Of a stretch of DNA of 64,000 nt, positions 36,054 to 47,597 are shown piece after piece. This stretch comes from Chiloscyllium plagiosum (taxonomy: Eukaryota): NCBI RefSeq assembly GCF_004010195.1, contig NC_057719.1, positions 37,692,547 through 37,756,546 on the forward strand. The letters run 5' to 3'. How positions within the stretch are numbered: the stretch's first letter is position 1; every line of letters starts with the position of its first letter. The notes beneath the pieces are model-generated. The model ran no database searches. It saw only the letters and a program-made list of their open reading frames with translations, and was not told where the DNA came from. The translations under genes were made by a program, and so were the position numbers.

Positions 36054-38440
36054 CATAGAGTCATAGAGATGTACATCATGGAAACAGACTCTTTGGTCCA
36101 ACCTGTCCGTGCCGACCAGATATCCCAACCCAATCTAGTTCCACCTGCCAGCACCCGGCCCATATCCCTCTAAACCCTTCCTATTCATATACCCATCCAG
36201 ATGCCTTTTAAATGTTGCAATTGTACCAGCCTCCTTCAACTCCTTAAACATACTCCTACTGGTTTTATACTCTTCTAAGGATTCACTTGATCTATTCTGT
36301 CTATACCTGACATATGCTTCCTTCTTTTTCTTTACCAAACCCTCCATTTTTTTTTAGTCATCCAGCATTCCCTATACCTACCAGCCTTTCATTTCACCCT
36401 GACAGGAATATACTTTCTCTGGACTCTCGTTGTCTCATTTCTGAAGGCTTCCCATTTTCCAGCCGTCCCTTTACCTACGAACATCTGCCTCCAATCAGCT
36501 TTTGAAAGTTCTTGTCAAAGCTGGCCTTTCTCCAATTTAACAATTCAACTTTTAGATCTGGTCTATCCTTTTCCTTCACAATTTTAAATCTAATAGAATT
36601 ATGGTTGCTGGCCCCAAAGTGCTCCCCCACTGACACCTCAGTTGCCTGCCCTGCCTTATTTCCCAAGAGTAGGTCAAGTTTTGCACCTTCTCTAGTAGGT
36701 ACATCCACATACTGAATCAGAAAATTGTCTTGTACGCACTTAACAAATTCCTCTCCATCTAAACCCTGAACACTATGGCAGTCCCAGTCTATGTTTGGAA
36801 AGTTAAAATCTCCTACCATAACTACCCCATTATTCTTACAGATAGCTGAGATCTCCTTACAAATTTGTTTCTCAATTTCACTCTGGCTATTAGGGGGTCT
36901 ATTATACAATCCCAGTAAGGTGATCATCCCTTTCTTATTTCTCGGTTCCACCCAAATAACTTCCCTTAAATGCAGTTTAACTTATTAGTCCTACTTTGTC
37001 CCTGCCTGCCCTGACTGTTTGACTCACTTCTTTTCTCAACTGTACCAGTCTCCGATCGATCTCTTTCCTCACTATCTCCCTGGGTTCACCCCCCCGCACC
37101 TTACTAGTTTAAATCCTCCCAAGTAGCTCTAGCAAATCTCCCTGCCAGTATATTAGCGCCCTTCCAATTCCGATGCAATCCATCCTCCTTGTACATGTTA
37201 CTTCTACCCCAAAAGAGATTCCAATGATCCAAAAATGTGATTCCTTCTCCCATACACCAGCTCCTAAGCTATGCATTCATCTGCTCTGACCTCCTATTCC
37301 TGCCCTCACTAGCTCGTAGCACTGGGAGTAATCCAGATATTAATACCCTTGAGGACCTCCTTTTTAAATTCCTGCCTAACTCTCTGTAATCTCCCTTCAG
37401 TATCTCAACCTTTTCCCTTCCTATGTCATTGGTTCCAATGTGGACAATGACCTCTTGTTGGCCCCTCTCCCCCGTGACAGCATTCTGCACCCTCTCTGAG
37501 ACATCCTTGATCCTGGCACCAGGGAAGCAACACACCATTCTGAGTTTTCGCTGCTGCCCACACAAACGTTTGTCTGTACCTCGGACTACAGAGTCCCCTA
37601 ACAAAGACAAATTATGACATAACAAGTGTCTCAATGGGTGCTTCTATAACAAATATTATTCTGTACTTAGATCGATTGATCTCTTGGAACCTGACATACC
37701 CCTCATTGCATTAGAGGCAGTCTCAATACTAGAAACTTGGCTTTTCGTGCCATGTTCCTCTGTGAATCGATCACCCCCTACATTTTCCAAAACAGCACAT
37801 TTGTTTGAAATGTGGATAGTCACAGAAGACTCCTGCACTAACTACCCACCTCTCTTACCTTTCCTGGAATTAAACCATCTATGTGACTGTATCTGCGACT
37901 TTTTCCCCTTTCTATAACTGCCATCCATCACATGCTGTTGCTCTTGCAAATTCCTCATTGCCTTGAACTGTCTCTCCAACCAATCCATTTGATCTGATAG
38001 GATTCTTAACCAAAGCGTTTATTGCAGATGTAATCCACACTAACCCGTAAACTCTCCTTAAACTTCCACATTTGACAAGAAGCACATATCACTCTACTAA
38101 AGGCCATTTTTGCTCCTTCACAGACCTCGAAAATAACACCGTCTTATTCCTCTATAAAACACTGCTCCAGGTTAAATTAATAGTTATAGCTTCTATTTTA
38201 AGTTGAATCAAGAAACATATCTCAAAAAAGATATAATCAAGAAAGAGTCCACTCTACTCACTAATGCAGACTTTCTGTAGGCCACATTTCAACTGTTCAC
38301 TTATCTGATTCTGTGCTGTGACTTCACCCAAACAGTTCCTCCAAGATCATTTGTGAATTTCACCGTTTGTTAATTTTCCCAGACGCACTCCGATGTCCAG
38401 CGATACATGAATTCAAACAGCAAAGGCAGTAACTGTGCAG
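36054..38440 (-). mobile_element. Internally deleted CR1 LINE (5' region, ORF1 SGNH esterase, APE endonuclease, 3' tail; RT absent)
   Basis: LGDS...HIGTND esterase motifs (37269-37634) and VGDFNFPNIDW/LDLLL/SNHN endonuclease motifs (36475-36951). Post-endonuclease sequence joins the extreme 3' end near 36235. Confidence 0.88.
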
Positions 38441-41400
38441 GTTCACCATGATGATTCATTAATGTGTAAATCCAAGCACTTCTTTCAAGTCACATTCCCG
38501 CGATAACTTAAGGTTTTAGAAAAGAAAAGTGATAACTCAGCTCAGGCAATGCATTAAAGGTGTGCGCTTAGAGTCTGTCTGTATTCCAACCTTGAGTCAG
38601 ACCGGTTCTATTTCCAAAGTAGGAATTTATAAAATGCCACATGGACTGACTGCCGGGTGAAACTTACAGATATTGAGAGGCCTGGATAGAGTGGAGGTAG
38701 AAGAGATGTTTCCACTAGTAGGAGAGACTGGGACACAGCATCCGAATGAGGGGCTGACCCTTTTACAACTGAAATGAGGAGGAATTTCTTCAAATAGAGG
38801 GTGATTAATCTGTGGAATCCATTGTTGCAGAAGGCTTTGGAGACCAAGTCATTGTGAATATTTAAGATAAGGATAGATAATAAGGGGATCAAGGATTACG
38901 GAAAGAAGGCAGGAGAATGGGGTTAAGGAATATATCAGCCGTGATTGAATGGTGCAGCAGACCTGATGGGCCAAATGGCCTTACTCTGCCCCTTTGTTAT
39001 GGTATTTTTGTCTTATGGTCAATCGAACATCTACATGGCACAAGTCAGGAGAATGATGGAATACTGTCCACTTGCTTATCTGTTTAATGCTTCAATAGCA
39101 CTCTCTTGGGCACTTTCGAAGAGAAAGCAACCTGCTTGATTTGCACCCCACCCACTGCAGTAAACATTCACTCCCTCCACACCAGTGTACAGAACCCCAG
39201 CATAGTATATCACTAAAAGGTGCACTACAAATTTCCAAGGTTCTTTTGACACCACCTTCCAACCCTGTAACCTCTACCACCAAGTTGTGGAAGTGGAGCA
39301 GATGCATTTGGCATGTCAGCACCTGTGGTTCCTATCTAAGCTGCTTCGAACTATATTGTTATTTATACTGAAGTAGCATCCTGGAACTCTCTCCCGAAAA
39401 GCACTGCAATACTTTGACTCAGTGTTGGTTCAAAAGGTGGTTCCTAGATCATCTTAAGTAAGGATGTTGGTCTAGCTGGGCATCCACATCCCGTGAAAAG
39501 ACAGAAATTCTGGATGTCTTTCTGTGATTGTGGTGCATTAGTCCCCATTGTGTCTTAGAAACCTTTGATGTGATTGAGTTGTTTCCTCTGTGTCTAGATT
39601 AGTGTGACTTCACTTTCATGTTTCAATTCTTATAATGTGATTTATAATTTGAGTATTTCTACAAGTAATAATCCTTCTCACCAAGAATATATTATCTGTT
39701 CTTTCCTCCACGTCAAATACATGGTAGGCTCTGGCTACATCATTCTCTGCCTATTCTGATATTGTGTCAAATAACTTGGCAATACCAGCAATATTTCTCC
39801 ACAATTATCCGACATCTAGTCTTAATAAGCCATATATTCCAGCTGGTGTGGTAAGACTATGGTATTGCATTCTACACTTGCCACTGATTTCATCTACCCT
39901 GCTTATTGCCTTAGAGTTCCCTTAGAGATTGTTTCCCCAGCATCCTCCCTTTACATTGTATTCCATCTTCTGCAGAGACCACCTACTTCCTGCCTTTACT
40001 GTACCTCAGCCATCTTGTATTAAAGTCCTCATCCATGCCATTATTACTTTCAGAATCAACTGTTTTAGTGCTACCCTTCTGCATTGTTAACTTCAGCTGA
40101 CCCAAAATGTGCTGTCCTATGGCAGGAACCTCTTAACGAGTACCAATATGCTTGCTGATCTAAGTTGTTTCCAGATCTAAGAAACTGTAACTTGTTTTTA
40201 TATTGCATAATAGGCTTGTCTGACTGAAATTTCCATTCTGACTTTGGCCTGTTCTGCAATCACTGCCCCCAACCCCCCCAATTCTTCTTTGGCACCATTT
40301 TGCCATTTAAGTTTAGTTGTCTAGAATGTATTTTCTTTCAGCACCTAGTTACTTTACATTTTTCAAACAGTCACATGCATGTTATTTTTCTTCGCTAAGC
40401 TTGTGTTACTTTCTGGCTACTGCACAGCTTAACAGGAGCATTGATTGGCACCTGTGCTTTTAGCTTCATTCTCTGTGATTCTTACACTTTGTTCTTTTAA
40501 TGCTCTATGAACTTCTCTTTGATCAAGCTGTTGATTGCCCATCTTTGCTCCTGGTGCTTCTGTGAAGTACCATGAGCTGTTAATTTCTGCAGTCTAAGTG
40601 CAAGTTGTTGGATGACCTTTTTATTGATGTGAAATGTGACCATGAAAGTTTTCAAGTTTAAAACAGAACTAACATTGTGACTGGTTTACATTTAACACGC
40701 AAGACTTAATTGCTCATTTGCATGCATTTGCACTACTTGTTTTCTCTTATTTTGTGCCACTTTAGATGTTACATTAATTCTTTCCATGCATATATAAATA
40801 TGCACTGTGGTTAAGATATTTACAGAGCCCACAATGTAGTTTATGTGCACTTACATTAATTTTAAATGGAAATAAATGAAACTTTTTTTTTCTTAATCAA
40901 AATTCTTCCTAGACTTATAATTTTAATGTATCTTAGCATGTTTCTAATATTTAATTCAAAGGTTGGTGTTGAGATGTTTAATGAGAAGGATAGAATGCAT
41001 AATGATATGAACATTGTGCAGGTTATTCTGATGTGAAGCAAATGCTATTTTTGGGTGTCTTTGGTTTTTTTTGTGTACTCTGTTTTTGTTTTGGGCTAAT
41101 GTGACTAGTATAATTTATTCAACTGGTTATTTACTTAGTCCATATGTAGTAGTTAGCTCATTTAGCTCAATGACTGGTTTGAGAGGCAGACTGATGCTAG
41201 TAACATGGATTCAGTTCCCATACTGGTGTATCATGAAGGACTCTTTCTCAACCTCTCTCCTCACCTATGATAAAGACTGGTAGTTTATCTTTACTTATTG
41301 GCAAATCATTTCATTATTCAGTTCCCTATGTTTTGTATCCAGTAACACTGCAATATTTTATTTGGAATTGAGTATTAGCCATGCCTGTACAGAAAAATAA

Positions 41401-41452
41401 TTTGATTATTCGGTAACATGAGGTAAAATGTGCAAGTTTATTTTTCCTATAG

Positions 41453-41584
41453 ACTGAAAAGGTTACATTAGCACGACATTTTCCTGGACGCCGACGGACT
41501 GTACGACGTGGTCGACCTCCAAAACATCACAACAACACTTATCATCAAGAGCAAATCCTGAAGAGAAAAGCAAGAATAAAAGAG
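41453..41584 (+). CDS. ZNF839: ZNF839 exon 3 (AT-hook-like RRGRPPK)
   Basis: cctatag| TEKVTLARHFPGRRRTVRRGRPPKHHNNTYHQEQILKRKARIKE |gtattt. 132 nt, phase 0; missed by the ORF track. Confidence 0.88.
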
Positions 41585-41899
41585 GTATTTGTTTTTAGTG
41601 CACATGGCTTTGGATAAACCTGGTGCAAATTTTTAACTTCCTTTCGAAGCGTTCTAAAGTATTTTGTGAATCTTCAATATAATGCAGACCTTCTCTCCAA
41701 TTTAATGTTGTGATGAATTTTATGTGAAGTGTATTTATTACTATACTTTCCATTGCATGAAACACACGGAGTAAATTCTGGTGCTGAAGATTGGGAGGTG
41801 AGAAGAGAACAAGCAAAGGAAGAGAAGAATGGAGTAAAGAGAGCTGAGAGAGTAGTAGATAGTGATGGGCGAAATGGAAAAGAGGTGGAAGGATGAGGG

Positions 41900-42779
41900 T
41901 GGGTTAGTAAATTTGCTGATGACACAAAGGTTGGAGGTCCCGTTGACAGTATCGAAGGCTATTGCAGGCTGCAGCACGACATAGACAGGATGCAGAGCTG
42001 GGCTGAGAAATGGCAGATGGAGTTCAACCTGGATAAATGTGAAGTGATGCATTTTGGAAGGTCGAACTTTAATGTTGAAATATAGGATTAAAGACAGGAT
42101 TCTTGGCAGTGTGGAGGAACAGAGGGATTTTGGTGTTCAAGTGCATAGATCCCTCAAAGTTGCCATTCAAGTGGACAGGGTTGTTAAGAAAGCATATGGT
42201 GTTTTGGTCTTCATTGTCAAGAGGATAGAGTTTAAGAGCCACGAGGTTTTGCTGCAGCTCTACAAGTCGCTGGTGAGACCACACTTGGAATATTGTGTCC
42301 AGTTCTGGTCGCCCTATTATAGGAAAGATAGAGGCTTCAGAGACCTGCAAAGAAGGTTTACCAGGATGCTGCCTGGACTGGTGGGCTTGTCTTACAAAGA
42401 GTGGTTGACTAACTCAGACTTTTCTCTCTGGAGAGAAGGAGGAAGAGACATGACATGATCGAGGTATACAAGGTAATGAGAGGCACGGATCGAGTCATCA
42501 TTTTAAGATATTAGGAGGAAGGTATAGAGGAGACGTCAGAGGTATGTTTTTTACGCAGAGAGTTGTGAATGCATGGAATGCATTGCTAGTGGTGGCGGTG
42601 GAAGCAATGACGTTAGGGACATTTAAGCGACTGCTGGACATGCACATGGACAGCAGTGAATTGAGGGGGTGCATGGGTTAAGTTATTTTAGATTAGGAAT
42701 AATCCTTGGCACAACATTGTGGGCTGAAGGGCCTGTTCTGTGCTGTACTCTTCTATGTTCTGTGTTCTATGTTCTATGA
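41900..42779 (+). mobile_element. CR1 LINE 3' portion
   Basis: SKFADDTKVGG, RPHLEYCVQFWSP and a (TTCTATG)n tail. Confidence 0.92.
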
Positions 42780-43487
42780 TGCAGAAGAGGGGAGAAACAA
42801 AGAGTAGGTAGAGAAAGGAAAGGATGAACGTTGAGATTAGGAAAGATAGTGTGAAACCATTTCCCGCAGGTGGTGTAACTGGAAAGAGTAAAATGGAAGA
42901 AATGATGGTGATTGCAAGGAGTGGTTTCTTTTTTGTTGTGGGGGCTGGTGTGAAGGAAATGAGAGAGAGTGTTTGTCTTTGCAGGGTTGCAGAGGGAAGC
43001 TACTAAACAGAGGATTTGTGCTTTAACTTGGACTCTGGAGTCGTGTATTCTCAGTAGGAGAGAGTGTGATCAGTCAGAACGGAGAGCGGATTGGAAAGGA
43101 GAGAGAACTCGGAGAGAATATGGAGAGTCAAAAAAATGAAGAGACAAGGGGAGTCTGTCAGCCAAGTGAGAAATCTGAGTTTCGGATTTTCTTCACATAG
43201 TATGTCTAGCTTAGATGAAAGTTGTGTCAAATCCCTTAAGCGAAGTTTCCTGTTTGCCTGAAAATTGGTGGATGTGCATATAGTTTGATCAATGAAGGAA
43301 GTCTTTACAAAACCTCTTTAAAAAGGAGAGGCAGTGTGAGACCGACATACAGAGATTTAAGAAGGAAATCTCAAAGACACAATTGCAAATACTGGAGCAA
43401 TAAAGCAAGAGATGCCAAGAGTCTGTTATTGAAGGAGCACAGAAATCTTGGAGGGTTGTAGAGCTCTACAGATCAGAGTTAAGGAGG

Positions 43488-43686
43488 AGAAAGTGAGGAC
43501 TGTAGATGCTGGAGATCAGAGTTGAGAAGTGTGGCTCTGGAAAAGCACAGCTGGTCAGGCAGCATCCGAGGCGCAGGAGAGTCGACGGTTCGAGCATAAG
43601 CCCTTCACCAGGAGTTCCTGGTGAAGAGCTTATGCTTGAAATGTCGACTCTCCTGCTCCTTGGATGCTGCCTGACTGTGCTTTGCT
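43488..43686. mobile_element. Fold-back short element with inverted hammerhead-like cores
   Basis: 13-bp target-site duplication with one mismatch (AGAGTTAAGGAGG 43475-43487; AGAGATAAGGAGG 43687-43699). Confidence 0.82.
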
Positions 43687-44991
43687 AGAGATAAGGAGGG
43701 TTAAACTACGAAGAATTTGGAATAATCGTGTGAATTGTAAAAATGAGATTCCTAGACCAAAAACCAATTTGGAGAGTTAGGGAACAAAGGTGTTGGGTCA
43801 TTGGAAATTTGACCAAATTAGCATAGAGAGAACAGATTTCTTTTTGATAACCTCGTGTTTCTGGAGATGGAAGACTGTCAACCAGCTAGAAAAGTGTTGA
43901 AATAATGGGGTCTAGAGGTGAATGAGGATTTATAAGGGTACGCATAACCGATAAATTGCATTCCACCTTGCCAGTGGCAATTTCCTTTTTTCTTTCTCAA
44001 GACCACCCTTCTTTCATTCACAATTGATGATATGATTATGAATATTTAATCTATTTGTTTTGATTTTTAAAACTTAAAAGTATATGAATCAGTGTTGCAT
44101 AATGTTGCAAATACTGCTTCACCCTTTTAATGGCAATACTCTAAAATTATTTTACAAGGTTATATTTGACTATATGTTCGTTCTTGTTTCTGTTGTCTTT
44201 TTCCTTTTTAAAATGTTGTCATACATTTTTTAGAGTCCCTCTATTTTCTAATAAATCTTTCCAGTTCTTTTCCAAATGAATTCCAAAGATGAGATTCCTG
44301 TCTTCCCTTGGGGTAATCTGTCACTAACATTTGGTTGTATATTGTTTTTACCATGCTTATGATAGGTGCAATACTTTGCAGTGTTTAGGCCCCTTATCAC
44401 TTGAGATGTGTGGCGTTAGTTAGAAGTTTATTACCAGAGTATGATACGATTATAGGAAGTATGTCATTTGCCCGAAAAGCATCTTGTAAGCAAGAATAAG
44501 AAGCAGACAGACATAAGACTTGAGATTAACACCAACATGTTGGTGGCTATCAAGAAATTTGCAAAACATGGCACATGAAGGAAACACAATTTTGATGTTA
44601 CAGGGTGTTGGGCCTGATGTGGTAAAGATGCAGCTTTTGGTGCATATAGATTTATTGGAGGACAGCAAACACCTATTTAATTGAACTTTGTGCATTTAAA
44701 TTTGAGACTGTCTTTGCTGCTGTAAGATTTTATGGAGCTAGCTGCCTACATCACAAAAATCCTGTTTAAACAATTTTAGTTTGTAATAGCACATAGCATC
44801 TCATTTAATTGATCACTGATATCATAGCATGACAAATCATGTTTATAAAAGGCATTTCACAGAGTGTATGACACTGAAACAGGTCACTCTTCTAACCAGT
44901 CAATGCCAGATGTTTTCACTTTATTTGGGTTTCTTTCTATTCTTATTTACCTAGCTTCCTCTATAATGCATCTACTAACAATGTTAAATAT

Positions 44992-45113
44992 CTCACAACA
45001 CCAGGTTATAGTCCAACAGGTTTATTTGGATTTATATAAACATGTTGGACTATAACCTGTCGTGTGATTTTAAACTTTGTCCACCCCAGTCCAACACTGG
45101 CACTTCCACATCA
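44992..45113. mobile_element. Fold-back short element, second family
   Basis: caggttatagtccaaca is inverted to tgttggactataacctg; flanks share a decayed tctactaa-containing direct repeat. Confidence 0.7.
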
Positions 45114-47504
45114 TGTCTACTAATAACATCAACTGCTCCCTTTAAAGGAATATTCTACATTCTTCCCATAGTCCTGCAATCCCTAATCTCAAGGATTATT
45201 CACTTCTTTTTGAGGGTTTGATTGAATTTGCCTTCACACTTTCAAGCAGTGCATTCCAAATGCAAACCACTAATTGCACATATGTGTGTTTGCTTTACCA
45301 TTATTTCTTATGTCAATAATCTTTAGTTTATAGTCTCACAATTTTGAATACCTTCATCAAATCTCCTCTTAATCTTCTCTTCTCCAACATAACAGCCCTA
45401 ACTTATCCAATGTACTCATAGCGCTGAAGCTTCTCATCCCTCGAACCATTCTTCTCTTTTCTGAACCATCTCTAATGTTTTCATGTGTTTCCTAAAATGT
45501 GATCACCAGAACAGGACACAATACTTTATTTAAGGCTGAACCAATGTTTTATACAAGTGTGGTATGTTGTTTTATGGTATTATAATGTTATTATAATTTG
45601 GGATTAGGATTTGAAATGTGTTTTCATTTCTGTGAAGAGTGACTTTTATGAGAGGTCAAAAGGTTATTTGGAATAGTGAACCAGAGACCATTCCTCAGGA
45701 AGGAGGAAAGATTCTGAGGGATAAACCAAGGAAGTTAAGGGGAGTTTTAAGTTTATGGAAAAAGCACATAAGGAGGCAAAAGTTAAAGACTGAAATAAAT
45801 TCAAAGTCTAGGAAAGGAGGACTAAAAGATAATAGAAAACAAGCAATGAGGGCAAACCAGCAGGAAATATAAAAACTGAAAAGAGCTTCTTTAAACATAT
45901 AAAAAGCAAGAAAGACGTTAATGTGAACATAGGCCCCATAGAAAGTGAATGTGAGGAGATATTTTGGGCAACAAAAAATGTGGCAGAGGTATTAAACAGA
46001 TATTTTGCATTACTCTTTAAGATGGAAGATATTTCAAATGTCCCATTAACATAAAAGAATATGGGGGAGGAATTAAGTACCATCACCATTCTAGATAAGT
46101 ACTATTAGACAAATGAATTGGGCTAAAGGTATATCAATCCCCTGACCCTGATGTCTTGCATGGGCGAGTCTCGGACCAACAGATATAGTCTCAGAACTCA
46201 GAGTACCAATGTAAGACTGAAGTGAGGAAGAACGTCCTCCTGAAGATTGTGAATTTTTTGAACTCCTTGCCACAGCTCTCTGTGGGTGCAAAGCCCTTGT
46301 GTATATTTAAGGCTGCGATAGGTAGGTTTCTTGATCAGTAGGAGGAATCGAGGGTTACCGGGAAAAGGCAGGAAAGTGGACGAGATGATTATCTGATTAG
46401 TCATGATTCTGTTGAATGGTGGAGCAGACTTGAGGAACCAAACAGCCTACTCCATTTCCTACTTCTTATGATCTTTCACTTGCCCATCCTTCCAATGATC
46501 TACATCCTCTTAAAGTTTATTATTATCCTTACAATTCATAATATTTCCAGATTTGTGTCATGCATAAATGTTTAAATTGTCCTGTATATCCATGATTAAG
46601 TTACTAATACATATTAAAGAAAACTGTTATCCTAACAAGGAATCTGGAGATTCTTCTAAATTTTTTACTTGCTCTTAAAAAAAACAGTTCAGCTCTAGTC
46701 AGTTTCCTGGAACGAACCAAATTCAAATCCATACAATGTTTTCTTCATGAGCTCTTTGCTAGCAATTCTGTGATGTTGCATTTCATCAATATGTTGTTTA
46801 TTCTTAATGAAGTACCCTATTACCTCGAATCCAAACCCAACTTTTGTTTTAAAGTAGTCTTTTCATTCTGGTGCTATGGAGCTGACCTACTGAAATTTCA
46901 ACACTTAGTTTTTTTGTTCTAAAGCTTTCTTCAACTTTTAATGCCAGAATGCTTTGTGGATCAAGAAAGTTTAATACTCGGTGCAGTAAGGTCATTACAG
47001 ATCTGATAAAAGGTCCTTGACCTGAAATATTAACTCTGTTTTTGTCTTTATAGATGCTTCTGAGTTTAGTGAGCATTTTCTGTTTTCTTTCTAATTATGA
47101 AAGTTCAACCCGCAGCAGGATTTTAAAACGTGTTTTGGAGCCGTGGGCTAGTCCATTTTCATAGGGCAACCAGATTGCATATAGACAAACCAGAGAAGAT
47201 AGCTGACTTCCTTCCCTAAAGGACATTAGTGAATTAGATGGGTTGTTACGACAATGGTTGATATTTTAATTCCATACTTTTAAAAGTTATTGAATTCAAA
47301 TTTTGCTACCTGCCATGGTGGGATTCAATCACATGATCCCAGAACATTAGGCACTGTGGATTACCAGTCTAGTTACTTTGCCAGTATGCAACAGCTACTT
47401 TAAGTGACTGTAGGACATTAATTTTTTGACTCAACAATGCTTTCATAAATGTAGAATGCTAAGTTATTCTGGCAGCACAATAATTAAAGTTATGTTTTAA
47501 CTAG

Positions 47505-47597
47505 CTGCTCAAACAGTGTGATGACGAGGAATTGATGGAATTGGCTCTTCCTAGGCTTACAAAAGTCATTACTCTCTGGGAATTTCTGTTAATGAAG
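47505..47597 (+). CDS. ZNF839: ZNF839 exon 4
   Basis: aactag| LLKQCDDEELMELALPRLTKVITLWEFLLMK |gtaagc. 93 nt; matches the ZNF839 QCD-E-L-ELALP...EFLLMK block. Confidence 0.93.

Noticed and set aside
37269..37634. Host SGNH esterase gene
   Set aside because: It is CR1 ORF1, collinear with the CR1 endonuclease and disrupted by an insertion.
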